DNA of 64,000 bases from the human T2T-CHM13v2.0 reference genome, Homo sapiens: NCBI RefSeq assembly GCF_009914755.1, contig NC_060932.1; one strand, written 5' to 3'. The notes beneath the pieces were generated by a model that saw only the letters and a program-made list of their open reading frames with translations, did not search any database and was not told the origin of the DNA. Of this stretch, positions 18,086 through 32,510 are shown in pieces; the first letter of the stretch is position 1; every line of letters starts with the position of its first letter. Position numbers and translations under genes: made by a program.

Positions 18086-18672
18086 TTTATGATAATATTT
18101 TATAGAAACTTCAAAATTATGTATGAAAATATATTTTAATAACTTGTAGATATAGTTAAATCACAGTACTGCATTAAGTAAAAGAAGGAAAATACAATCC
18201 TACATTACATAGGATTAAATGTATTTAATGTACATATTAAATACATTTCCCTAACTATTGTTAGCAAAGCAAAAGAAAAAAACCGAAGAATAATCTCCAA
18301 AGGGTAACATGGGTTAGCTCTGGTTGATGAGTAGTTTTTGCTTTCCCCCCCTTAAACATTTCTGCATTTTAAATTTTTCTACAAGAACATGTCGTGATCA
18401 GATGAAAAATAAACTGTGGTTTTTTTTAAGTGTTATTAAAGAGCAGCCATCTGGTATCACAAGATCAGTTAGGTTAGATTTAGGAAACTCATATGAAATT
18501 AAAAAAAAACCTTTAGAGGAGCAAACTTGGTTGTTTAATTCCTAGAGGCAAATTGCATGCCACTGTGTGTCACATAGTGTATCACGTACACACAGTCAGT
18601 TCCCCAAGTATCAGGAGTTAAGAAGATGCATTTATTGAAATAAGAATTGATATGATGTCCATGTTACTCTTA

Positions 18673-19058
<386 letters not shown>

Positions 19059-19506
19059 TTAAATGCATAATTGTTGCTTATAATTTCATTTATCTCTCTT
19101 CAGTCAGATTAAATATGACCTACTATGTTGCCAGACACAGTGCTAGATGCTTTTTCACTGTATCTCATAATTCAACTCGCATAACAACTTTTTCCAGCCA
19201 GTTTTAATGTCCACACTTGACAGATGAGGAAACTAACTTTCAGAGAAGAGATCATTCCAAATTCAAGTTGTTTGTTGGGCTATGAATGCTGATCTTCAGC
19301 ACCTGAGAATCTTTTGATAGTATCAGAAGTAGACCATTTATCCTATTAGAAAACTAAAAAGCAACAAACATATTTATTTAAAAAATTTACAAATGATAAA
19401 AAAATTAATAATAAAAACAATTCTCATTTTTAAAGTTGGAATAGTCTCTAGGGCTTAGTAACTGGAAAAACAATAACTGAATCTCCATCCAAAATTATGT
19501 TCTCAT

Positions 19507-19680
19507 AGCCAGATGTGATGCCACACACCTGTAGTCCCAGCTACTCAGGAGGCTGAGGTGGGAGGATCACTGAACCCCAGGACTGTGAGGCTGCGGTGAG
19601 CTATGATTGTGCCACTGGCGCTCCAACCTGGGCAACAAAGCAAGACCCTGTCTCTAAATAAATAAATAAATAAGTAAATA
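19507..19680 (+). mobile_element. Alu right monomer (FRAM/AluJ-like) with (TAAA)n tail
   Basis: Right arm only; flanks aaaattat(t)gtt resemble a TSD. Confidence 0.85.
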
Positions 19681-20035
19681 AAATTATTGTTTCCTATCTG
19701 TTTTTTATTTCTATCATATCAGTTCCTTCTATAGAGTTTGATGATTGGCACATACTGTAATGTGTGAGCAAATCGCATAGTCTTATGGCACAAGGCGTGC
19801 CCAACATAGAATTCTTCTAGACTGTATTCAAACCTACATAAAAAGAAATGAATACAAACAAGCCATGCATGCACAACCAGAAACATATAATTTCACTAAT
19901 CCATAGCCACTAGGACTTGTCAAAACCAAGCTGGTCTATGTGTGAATGTGTGTGTGTGTCTGCAAATTTTAAGGAACATGTGTATGATGAGGTTAGAAGC
20001 CACCATTCAAAAATCTCTTTTGAAAGACATACGCA

Positions 20036-20335
20036 GCTGGGCGTGGTGACTCATGCTTGTAGTCCCAGCACTTTGGCAGGCTGGGGTGGGTGGATCACGA
20101 GGTCAGGAGATCGAGACCATGGTGAAACCCTGTCTCTACTAAAAATATTTTTTAAAAAAATTAGCCAGGCTTGGTGGTGGGCGCCTGTAGTCCCAGCTAC
20201 TGGGAGAGGCTGAGGCGGGAGAATGGCATAAACCCGGGAGGCGGAGCTTGCAGTGAGCTGAGAGCACGCCACTGCGCTCCAGCCTGGGTGACAGAGCGAG
20301 ACTCCGTCTTAAAAAAAAAAAAAAAAAAAAAAGAA
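20036..20335 (+). mobile_element. AluY-like
   Basis: gagaatggc..aacccgggaggcggagcttgcagtgag; TSD approximately gaaaga(c/t)atac. Confidence 0.93.
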
Positions 20336-20957
20336 AGATATACACGCAGCCAACAAATATATGAACAAATCCTCAACATCACTAATCATCAGAGAAATGC
20401 AAATCAAAACCACAATGAGATATCATCTGACATTAGTCGGGATGACTATTGTTAAAAAGATTTAAAAAAACAGATGTTCATTATATCGAAAAGATAATTA
20501 CATACGTATGGTTATCACAGCACAATGCATAGTTGCAAAGATATGGAACCAAGCTAAGTGCCCATCAATTGATGAGTAGATAAAGAAAATGTGGCATATA
20601 TACACTGTGGAATACTACTCATACTACCTGGCCATAAAAAAGAAAGAAGTAATATCTTTTATGGCAACTTGGATGGAGCTGGAGGCTAGTATTCCAAGTG
20701 AAGTAACTCGGGAATGGAAAACCAAATACCATATACTCTTGGTTATAAGTAGGAGCTAAGCTATAGGTAGGCAAAGGGACATAGGGTGGTATAATGGCCC
20801 TTGGAGACTCAGAAGTGGGGAGAGTGAAAGGGGATTGAGGGATATTGGGTACAACGTACACTACTCAGGTGATGGCTGCACTAAAACTCAGAATTCAGCA
20901 CTATGCAATTCATCCGTGCAACCAAAAACCACTTGTACCCCAAAAGCTATTGCATTG

Positions 20958-21098
20958 TGTATATATATACGTATATATATACATATATATACGTATATAT
21001 ATACGTATATATATACGTATATATATACGTATATATATACGTATATATATATATGTATATATATATAGTGTGTGTGTGTGTGTGTGTATGTATATATC
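20958..21098. repeat. Compound (TATATATATACG)n / (TA)n / (TG)n repeat
   Basis: Seen directly; 12-bp period in the core. Confidence 0.95.
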
Positions 21099-21214
21099 TA
21101 AAACACAACGGATGTTGATGAGGCTGTGGAGAAAAGGGAGCACTTATACAATTTTGGTAGGAATATAAATTAGTTAATCCACTGTGGATAACAGTAAGAA
21201 GTTTGGATATTTAT

Positions 21215-21510
21215 TTCTTTTCCCTTTTTTTTTTTTTGAGACAGAGTCTTACTCTGTTGCCCAGGCTGGAGTGCAGTGGCATGATCTCGGTTCACTGCAA
21301 TCTCCGCCTCCTGGGTTCAAGCAATTATCTTGCCTCAGCCTCCTGAGTAACTGAGATTACCACACTTGGCTAATTTTTGTATTTTAGTGGAAATGGGGTT
21401 TCATCATGTTGGCCAGGCTAGTCTTGAATTCCTGATCTCAGGTGATTCACTCGCCTCAGCCTTCCAAAGTGCTGAGATTACAGGTGTGAGTCACTCACTG
21501 TGCCTAGCCT
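21215..21510 (-). mobile_element. Alu (S-like) nested in L1
   Basis: Alu consensus; TSD approximately agtttgga(t/g)attt. Confidence 0.92.
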
Positions 21511-22376
21511 ACAGTTTGGAGATTTCTTAAAGAACTTGAAATATAACTACCATTCAACCCAGTAATCCCACTGCTGGGTATATATCCAAAGGAAAATAAA
21601 TCATTCTACAAAAAAGACACAGACACTCATATATTCATCACAGCACCATTCACAATAGCAAAGATATGGAACCAACCTGGATGCCCATCAATGATAGACT
21701 ATGTAAAGAAAATTGGTACATGTACACTATGGAATACTACACAGCCATAAAAAGGAATGAAATTATGTCATTTGCAGCAATGTGGATGCAGCTGGAGGCC
21801 ATTGTCCTAAGCAAATTAAAGCAGGAACAGAAAACCAAATACCACGTATCCTCATTTATAAGTGGGAGCTGCACACATTGAATATACATGGACATAAAGA
21901 TGGCAAAGTTAGACAGTGGTGGCTACTAGAGGAGGGAGGGTTGGAAAACTACATATTAGGTACTCTTCTCACTACCTGGGTAATGGGACCATTCATACAC
22001 CAACCCTCAGTGACATGCAATTTACCCATGTAACAAACCTGCATGTGTACCCCCAGAAGCTAAAATAAAAGTTGAAAAAAATCTCTTTGGAACCCCTTAC
22101 AAGAGAATGAATGAAAGACGAAAGAATATCTAGCCTTTTTCTAATAAGCCGGGTAAATCTATTTTGACATGATTTTACAATAGCTGTCCCTCTTTGTAGC
22201 GACATCTGGGGCTTACAATAGCCTCAGTATTGTTCTATAAATGGCATTTTAAAAAGGAAACATCTCCCCTGTAGGGTGTAAGTTCTTCAAAGGCAAACCA
22301 TGTTTATGTATGCTGTATTTGCAACACTTAGCACTGTGTTTGATAAATGGTTTACTTTTTTAACTGTTGGAGCGGA

Positions 22377-22689
<313 letters not shown>

Positions 22690-22884
22690 TAAAAAGAAAA
22701 GTATATCTAGTTTTTTAAAAACATTAATTCACTCAATAGTCACATCTAAACAGACATATACTATCTATGCAGATTGTAGGCACGCTGTATACAGGTTAGA
22801 TGAAAATTCTTTGGCATTACTGTTCAAATAAAAATATAAGACAAGCTGGTAATGAGAGCAATATATGTAATTTTAAAATTTCTG

Positions 22885-23187
<303 letters not shown>

Positions 23188-23194
23188 AATATAT

Positions 23195-23482
23195 ATAATT
23201 GTAAAGTGTCTAATAATGGCATTTAAAAAGTACAAATACAGAGGTCTAATTAGTTTTAGTAATATATTTTATTTAGCCTCATCCATCCAAAGTATTATTT
23301 AACAATGTAATCAACATAAAAATTATTCTTATTTGTGGAGGTATTTTCTCTTTTTCTGGGATACTATGTCTTCAAAATCCATTGTGTATTTTATACTTAT
23401 AGCTCATCTGAATAAGGACTAGCCTTATTTCAAGTAAGCAGGAGTCACATGTGATTGGTGGCTGCTGTATTCACAGCGCAGC
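23195..23482. mobile_element. MER33/MER3-like hAT-Charlie element
   Basis: tcttcaaaatcc..tgtgtattttatacttatagc...ggactagcc..atttcaagt...cacatgtg..tggtggct..tgtatt. Confidence 0.7.
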
Positions 23483-23926
23483 TTGATAGCAATTTAGCTT
23501 CAGGATTTTTGTTTTTGTTTTTGAAATGAACTAAATTGCCAAACCTACATGTAATATACCAGATACACTCATGTCCTTAATGTTATTTGATTTGTTTCTT
23601 TAGGACGAACAACCTATTTTATTCACTTTGTTTATATAAAAAGTATTATTCTTAAATATGTACTATGCACATATGATAAAACATTTCACAACATTAAATG
23701 GTAGGAAATATAAAAAGGAGTGTCCTTTCATTGCGTCTCCAAGCCCAGTCCCCTGAGGTAACCACTATCACATAAAATGCAGATTTTTTCCACATATATA
23801 TGAGATATGTATATCTTTTTTAAGTATCAATGAGGATATAACTTACTTTTCATAGTCCTGATAAAATACCAACAAAAACTTTGCTATGTGCATAAGATTA
23901 TATAGGATATCTTCATGTGTCAATTC

Positions 23927-24287
<361 letters not shown>

Positions 24288-24732
24288 TTAAATTTGATAC
24301 TATTTTTAGACACTGATTTTGTAGGATCCAATATTTTGATATTCATAGAAATAACCAGTGGCCATAAGTTCTGTAATATCAAATGAAGTAGCACTCTTCT
24401 ATGAACTATACACTTTACATTCATTATATGGTTTCTTTTTTTACTTATTTCCTCAATCAGTCAGTCAACGAACATTCGAGATCCTGTCATGTGTCAGACA
24501 CTGTGCGGAGAGCTGGAGATAAAACTGTCAACAAGATGAATGCAGCCTCTAAAATAAAGAGTTTCTAATCCAGTGGATTCTCTGTTCATGCTTCTTGCAC
24601 TTTCTCTACACTTTGCTCTATCAAAAAAAAAAAATTCAAAACACTCACGAGTTTGTTGACCTTAAAGTGGAATCAGCTGATACAAATTAAAAGCATTTTG
24701 CATTTCAAAAAGTGATAAAGTCTAATAAATAG

Positions 24733-25155
<423 letters not shown>

Positions 25156-26164
25156 CAATCTATTCTCTCTAACTGCTTTTATTTCCTGGCCTAGAGCTCC
25201 CTACCATTCCACTGAAATGGATTTAATAACACAAATAACATTATCACTAAGTCCGAAGATATTTCATTAGAACTTCTCTTCCATTATTTTATGGCATTTT
25301 AAATTTTTAAAATCACTCCTTCTGCATTGAAAAACTATCATACTGAGGTTTGACGCCATAATTTGTTTAGCTCCCCTCCCACTTCTCTGTGGAATCATTT
25401 TTTTTCTCCTTTAAAAGCTTTTCTTCTTTTGATCTCCTAATTGTGTGAGTTCTTCAGGCTACTACTTGAGCAATTAAGCCCATATTTAAAATTGTCACTG
25501 ATGATCCATTATTTATAGCTTACCAACGTGTGTTTTATGGAACACTGTTCCCACAAGACCACACTGAAAAACAATCAAGAACCCTGGCAAACATTTCTCC
25601 TTTGCCTGCACATTCTACAGAGATCATAAAAATAAATATTCTTTCTCCTGATCATACTTCCAGACAGAGTGAACATATGATACAATTCTGACCAACAAGG
25701 CATAACTGAAGTCTGTTGACCCTTCGCTTTTCTTACTGCTTTCAACACGAACTCAAAGCAGGAACCGTGGTAGATAATTTGCAATTTTGAAGGATGGGCT
25801 AAATGAATTGCAGGGACATCAGCCTCCACGCTGCACTGAACATAGGTCAGCAACCACTTACCTCCTGAGTTCTCACTACCTAAGATGAAGAAATCTTTAT
25901 TTGTTTGGACTTCCGTAGTCAGGCGATTTATACCTCGCACCAGAACATACTCTTAATTAGATATAAAAATGCTACATACTATATGTCCTTCTTGGAGCTT
26001 CAGAACGCACATTAGAAAAATTAGAGAACTGAGAAATTCCCAAGAGAAGAAACCTGTGGAATTCTGCTGAATTTGTCATCTCCTAAATTTATTTGATCAG
26101 GCAGCCCTTTTCTTCTTTCTGTACTGAACTACCAATGTCTCACAGAACTATAGCTCTCTAGCTT

Positions 26165-26340
26165 TTTGCTTTTCAAAGTGTAATTTCTAGACCAGCAGTA
26201 TCTGCATTGTCTGGAAACATCTTAGAAAACCCAAATATTAGGCCCCATCCTGGAAGCAGAGTTACATTTTAACAGGATCTTCAGTTGGTTTGTATGACAC
26301 TAAAGACTGAGAAGTGCCGCTTGGGAAACACTGATTTAGA
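26165..26340. mobile_element. MER5-like MITE fragment
   Basis: tttcaaagtgt...gaccagcag.atctgcat...ttagaaa...acattttaacagg...ctgagaag. Confidence 0.55.
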
Positions 26341-26444
26341 GAATAAAGTACAACTAACCTTAATATCCTTATGTGGCCTATGATTTCAAGGGCCTCTATA
26401 TAATTACTGTCCCTTAATGCCTACTTCACAAGTCAACACACCTA

Positions 26445-26630
26445 GTTCTTATTGAATGCTTACTTTGTGCGAGGCACTATGCCAAGTGCTATAGTTTTAT
26501 AATTCTCAAAGCACCCCTATGAGGCAGGTACTATTGTAATCGTTACCTTGTAGATGAGATAGCTAGGGCTCAGAGAAGTTAAGTTGCCTACCCAACGTCA
26601 CATAGCCATTAAGTGGCAGAATCCTTGGCT
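26445..26630 (-). mobile_element. MIR
   Basis: tattgaatgcttactttgtgc.aggcact...ccctatgaggcaggtactatt...gctcagagaagttaagt. Confidence 0.75.
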
Positions 26631-27013
26631 TAAGGATTTAAGGATCACTCAACTATATTGGCTTTCTAAGCTTTTGTTCCCAAGCACTTTCCTGCTCTGT
26701 GTACTTAACACACATGATTCCCTCTGCCTGCAATATCTCCCCACGTACACCTTCTTAAAAGGTCTCAGCTCAAAAAGTCAGTTGTTCTGGGAAGCTTTTC
26801 TGATCTCCTACCCCAAAGCCAGGTCAGATCCTCCTGGTAAACATTCCCCAGGCACATATCTTTACTTCATACATATCAGCTTTTATAATTATGTATATTT
26901 TGTGATTCTATGATTAGTGTATGTGTTTACCAAAAAACTAAGCTCCGTGTGGGCTTTAACTGTATCCTCTGTGCCTGACACACAGTTGACACACAAATAT
27001 TTTTTAGAGTATC

Positions 27014-27416
<403 letters not shown>

Positions 27417-27889
27417 TGATTTAGCATCAGAAAACTTGGATTTGAGGCCTTGTTCCCCTACTTTGTAACTTGGAGCAGTCACAAAAACTCAGACCCACTG
27501 ATTCTCAGCTCTGTTAAATGGACATAATAATAACCTCACAGGATTGGCATAAGAATTAAAATGAGCCCTGTGAGAGAAGTGTATAACCTACATAAACTTC
27601 CTAAAAATACGAGTAGCGTTTTGTAGTGATTAAGATCCTGGGTTATGCTTAAAAGTTTCCACTCTGTAATCCAAAACCTGAGTTCAAATCCCAACTCATA
27701 ATATTTATTGTCTCTGCGGTTGATTCGGCAATCCATTATTTGCTGGATTTTGTCATGTGTTTTGCCAATTGCATTCATAATTTATTATGCATTTATGCTT
27801 GTATCTCCTAAGTCATGGTATATAATCCATGCTTTTTATGTTTTGTCTGACATAAGCTCTTATCAGAGCCCTTTGCACACAGGGATTCA

Positions 27890-28097
27890 ATAAATATTAA
27901 CACAGTCTACATTTATTTGGTGAATATTGCATATCTGCTGTACTGAAAGCACATTAAGTAACAAAGGCAAGTGAGAAGAATGAAAAGCACTACTCACAAC
28001 AGTTATCATGATTGCGCATGGATATGTTCAGAATGAGTATTTTTCAAATCACTTTAAACAAAGCTGAATTGCAGAAACGAAAGCCCAACAGCAGCAA
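27890..28097 (-). other. FGL1: FGL1 3' UTR (~200 nt; cleavage site approximate)
   Basis: Sequence between the TAA stop and ~20 nt past the AATAAA. Confidence 0.75.
27912..27917 (-). terminator. Polyadenylation signal AATAAA of FGL1
   Basis: tttatt on the + strand, ~180 nt after the stop codon, followed on the - strand by GT/T-rich sequence. Confidence 0.8.
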
Positions 28098-28257
28098 TTA
28101 AATTACATTTGGAATAAAATCATTTGGCCTAATTTTCATAACCACAGATTTCAGAGAATACCACCACCCATGCCAGGTGTACCAGACAATCCCATTGTCT
28201 GTTTTAGCCGTGTAGGGGCCGCTGTAGTATACACCATTCAGGTTTGCAGAGTGACAC
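28098..28257 (-). CDS. FGL1: FGL1 last coding exon ([52 protein letters not shown]-stop)
   Basis: ccttccactag|G TGT ... ATT TAA, 160 nt. C..ANLNG and YSLK..MKIRP terminus. Total CDS is 939 nt in one open frame. Confidence 0.97.
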
Positions 28258-28439
28258 CTAGTGGAAGGGAGAAAAAAAAAGAAAACAACAATCAGACTGG
28301 AAAAATATTGTTCAGAATCCCTTTTATTTTGCTACAAATGCTCAAAATTTTTGAACTATGAATTCTGCCATTTTTCAGACAAGTAAATATTTACTAGTTT
28401 CCAAAAGCTGAGAAATTTCTACAACAGATGGCTATTGTA

Positions 28440-28591
28440 TTTTATTTTTTATTTTTTAATTTTTTTTTAATAATAGAGACAGTGTCTCACTGTGTTGCCC
28501 TGGCTGGTCTCCAACTCCTGAGCTCAAGCAATCCTCCTGCCTCAGCCTTCCAAACTGCTGGGATAACAGGTGTGAGCCACTGCGCCTGGCC
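28440..28591 (-). mobile_element. Alu left monomer (FLAM-like) in the last FGL1 intron
   Basis: Single monomer plus tail; TSD approximately agatgg(c/g)tatt. Confidence 0.85.
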
Positions 28592-30625
28592 TCAGAGATG
28601 GGTATTTTAAAATGGTGAGTTTTACTGCCATTACAAATCTGAAAATACAACCCAGGCCACTCACAGTGCATTGAAAAATAAGCATTTCAATTTTTGATTT
28701 TCTTTAAACAAAAAATTAAAACAAGCAAACAAAAACGCATCCTTGTAACCTCCAGCCTTACAACCTCCTGACTCAGAACAGTGTTAATTTCATACTTAAC
28801 AAGAGCTAAGGTGAGTGTCAGCAAAGCAAGTCGTGGGCAAGGTGCTCTACTACTGGCTTTCCTGGATAATTTGCACTCACACGTTCATTCCTCTGCTGCT
28901 AAGACTTAGCTTTCATAATTCAAACTCCGTATGTCCCCTTCTTTAAATTGCTAGCCTATCAGTTATTTCAATCTCAAGGGTAAGCAAACAAACCTAAATC
29001 ACCATTTAAAGTTTTGCCACCCATCAACCAATAATCATTTTTTCCTAGTTGCTGAGTTAATTTTTTACATATATTGCACCAATCTAGATAAGCTGGTTAG
29101 GTTATCGACAATATAAAAATGTTTCTTTCCTCCTTTGGAGTCTGTAAATTTTGTCCTTGATATGTATAATTTACATGTAACAGTATGCAATAAGTTTATG
29201 TGTGTTGTTATGAAATTAATTGCCATATACTTCTTTATTGATAAAATTAATGAAAAGATGTCAGAATTAGGATAGAAGGAGAACATTCACAAGAGGTAGT
29301 TCTGAACATCTATGGAAAAACCCAAATTATTGAATCAAAAAAGCATATAATCTACCCGTAAAGGCTGAGTGGCTGGCTTGAATCACTTATCAGCTTAATG
29401 ATTCACTCCTACTGAGCGTTCTCGAAGTCCTCCTAACTTAAATGGACGTAATTAATTGAAAATATGTATGTCAAGTCTGCAAATGTCAAAGCCTACTGTG
29501 TTTTTAAAACAGCATGGAAAGTAATGTTAAAAAAAGAAAATACTGTAAATTGAGTCTCCAGAATATATATTTTGGCATATATTTGTCTATCTAGAGACAT
29601 CTGCTAACTATATTTTTATATTTGGTCTATCATTTGAATCCCATTAGGAAACTGACTCTGTGATGAACATAAGAAACCTTCACTATTCTGAGACCAGTTT
29701 TCTAGCATCGTTTAGTTTTCAGAACAGCCTGGATTTGAAACTAGGTTAGGGGATGATTGGGTCTTCCTTGGTGAAGAAGTGGCTGTGAACACTCACGTGA
29801 AATGCTACACTAACAAAGAAAAGACATCAACTCGCAGTGATTGGTTTGCTATGTGGAAAAAAACATTTTATAGGTGGGTAATATTTATGAAGTGCCAACA
29901 TTTCATGTAAATTAGAAGAACTATGGGACAGAAAAAAAGCAACAGTAAGAAGGAAGAAAAGATGATAGTCGAACTCACTGATAGTAGGCATGGTAGAAGT
30001 AGCACCAAGTTTCTAAAACAATCTACTTTCTCTCCCTTAATGCCTACTGATTTTCCAATTGCACAGCCTTATCAACCCCTTTGATTCCAAGGATAATGTG
30101 GGCTCTGTGGCAGGCTCCACCTAATGAATGGCCTTTCTTTGTGCTCCCTGAACCCATTTCTTTAAAGTCAGGTAAATCGTTCCTTTGCCCACATTAATAT
30201 ACATGGTAGTTTTCATTCAGATGCCTTAGAAGCCAGTCAGCTGGATAAAGTACATGGTTTTGATCTCAGGATACTATTAGTAATTATTTCTGTATATGGA
30301 ATTGTTTTCAAAATCAAACATTGGTGATGCTTGCAGATGACTTCATGAATTACACGTTAAGTTTTATGTCATGCTGACTTAGAAGAACAAGGGGGAAAGA
30401 AAGGAGTAGGAACAGGTGAAGAAGACGGTTTTTAAAATAACAGGAAAACCACTAAGGAAAACACCATCATCACCTTCAATTTGCAAAGCAGGAGAGTGAA
30501 ATTTGTTTCTCTCCTTCACACTGCTGGAAATACTCCAGTTCCTTTATAAATGATCAAATCTTAAATGGACTCAAATGTTTTTTTAAAAAAGCAAAATATA
30601 GAAAAGATGACTATTTTTACAACAG

Positions 30626-31300
30626 CAGTAGTACTCCCTTATCTGCAGGGGATACGTTCTAAGACCCCTAGTGGATGCCTGAAACTACAGATAATACCAA
30701 ATTCTATATATTGATACTATGCTTTTTCAGTCTGATAACCGAAACAGCTACGAAGTGAGTAACGAGCAGATAAAGAAAATAAAATTTACCAAACTGAAAG
30801 ACATGATATAGATTCAAAAGAACCACTGAGTACCCACTGCAGTAAACCAAAAGAAGACCACGACAGTGTATGTCACTGTAAAATTTCAGAACGCTAGGGG
30901 GAAAAATCTTTTGGGTGTAGGAAGGAAAAAAACCATCTATAGTAGTTCTCTGTTTTTTCCTATAATATACATACCTATGACAAAGTTAATTTATAAATTA
31001 GACACAGTAAGATATTAACAACAACTAATAATAAAAGATTATGATTATATAACAATATGTCAGCATTACAGCTCTTGTGCTTTGGGACCATTATTAAATC
31101 AAATAAGCATGATTCGAACACGAGCACTATGAAACTCCAACACTGGATCTGATAACTCAGACTTCTACTAAGTGTCTTGGGGCAGGGAGGGCTTTCAGCG
31201 TGGATACGCTAGACAGAGGGGTGACCCACCTCCTGGGCAGAAAGAATCCAATGGTGCGAATCTCTGCTCAGAATGACATGCAATTTAAAACTTATGAATT
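30626..31300 (-). mobile_element. MER44/Tigger7-derived fragments (30626-30770 and ~30945-31300)
   Basis: TIR cagtagt..cccttatc.gc.ggggatacgttc.aagacccc.agtggatgcctgaaa; internal tctgataac...ctactaagtg...gcgtggatacgct...caatttaaaacttatgaatt. Confidence 0.75.
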
Positions 31301-31302
31301 CG

Positions 31303-31432
31303 GCAGGGTGCGGTGGCTCACGCCCAACACTTTGGGAGGCCGGGGTAGGTGGATCACATGAGGCCAGGAGTTCGAGACCTGCCTGGGCAACATGGCAAAA
31401 CCCCATCTCTACCAAAAATGCAAAAATTAGCC
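31303..31432 (+). mobile_element. Alu left arm fused to an L1M-like 3' terminus
   Basis: Alu ends at aaaaattagcc and continues catgtaccccagaaatatataaaatattttgtatcagtaaaaaaa. Confidence 0.8.
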
Positions 31433-32053
31433 CATGTACCCCAGAAATATATAAAATATTTTGTATCAGTAAAAAAAGAAGCAACTATATACAATCAAAA
31501 ACGGAATGAATTTGCTGATAAAGTAACATGAATGTATTCAGTCAGAGGGTAGAATTAGGTTTCTGGATTATTGTAAAGGAAATTTCTGTATTGGGAGAGG
31601 CTTAGACTCAATGAATTAATGAAAGCCATAGTGATTGAAAAGTAGTACTATACAGAAGCATTACAGCAATAACGGTGGCTCTTTTGTGTGATATGGTCAG
31701 GTGAAGAACTAGTTGGTTATTAGGATGCCAAATAGTCTCCATATATATACATGCTCTCTCTTTCTTTGTGTGAATTTGTGGCCTTCTATTTATAACTCAT
31801 CCATAATTCAGTTTGCAAATGATCTTTGTAAAAGTAATAATTTATTTCTATGACATTTACACTTTACTAATGTACACAATGAACAAATCCTCAAAACGAC
31901 TTCATTGCTGAAGAATTCTAATGAGAATGATTACTTAATAATACTAATATTATAAATAAAGACTAACATTACCATACATATTATATTGATAATTAATGTC
32001 TATCAGTGAGATATCATCAACTCCATTACAACTATGCTCATAAGACATCAAAC

Positions 32054-32241
32054 CTGTTAAACCACCAGCCAGACTGATCTTCTTCTGCGCAGTTCCCTTC
32101 ATAGTTGTCATGATCTCTGTCCCACGTGCTGAATTTCATTCTTTGGTGACTAGCCCACCACTGCACCTCAGGATGAAAATTCCCCGCAAGGGAATCTCCA
32201 GCTGTTCCAGAATATTCCCCAATATTCAACTCGTAGAAATT
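32054..32241 (-). CDS. FGL1: FGL1 coding exon (NFYELNIGEYSGTAGDSL...MKFSTWDRDHDNYEGNCAEEDQSGWWFNR)
   Basis: ttctttag|AAT ... AAC AG|gtttg, 188 nt. FReD motifs YSGTAGDSL, FST.DRD.D and GWWFN. Confidence 0.97.
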
Positions 32242-32421
32242 CTAAAGAAAAAGGGCATTTCTGCTGTCAGTGGAGTTCCTCTATGACCATTTTAAAATTA
32301 AGTTTATTTCATAAACAAAAGAACAGGTTCTATTGTATATTTTTATTTCCACTGACTCCAGGGTTATATTGCACATTTTAAGCATTTATTCACGGTTTTA
32401 CTTCTTAGAAAATTGTAGTAC

Positions 32422-32510
32422 CTTTTCATCTCCAACTTTGAAATTCTTATATTGTGCATAACGGCTATTTTTTTCAAAATCTGCAAGGTCGATTTTTAAA
32501 GTGTAGTCTT
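32422..32510 (-). CDS. FGL1: FGL1 coding exon (EDYTLKIDLADFEKNSRYAQYKNFKVGDEK)
   Basis: tcttttttag|AA ... AAG|gtact, 89 nt. Phase consistent; FReD L.IDL.DF...YA.Y..F motif. Confidence 0.95.

Larger units (their letters stand above)
20340..22082 (+). mobile_element. L1 3' region (L1PB/L1MA-like) interrupted by a second L1 fragment (~20479-20955), a microsatellite and an Alu
   Basis: catcactaatcatcagagaaatgcaaatcaaaaccacaatgaga... resumes at ~21105 (gatgttgatgaggctgtggagaaaaggg) and ends at tttacccatgtaacaaacctgcatgtgtaccccc..taaaataaaagttgaaaaaa. Confidence 0.85.

Noticed and set aside
20835-21168. Overlapping ORFs with [12 protein letters not shown] repeats
   Set aside because: They are products of the stop-free (TATATATATACG)n microsatellite.
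32038-32229. Truncated FGL1 form ending RFDVL
   Set aside because: This is read-through past the 32054 donor, and nothing in the sequence supports it as a real isoform.
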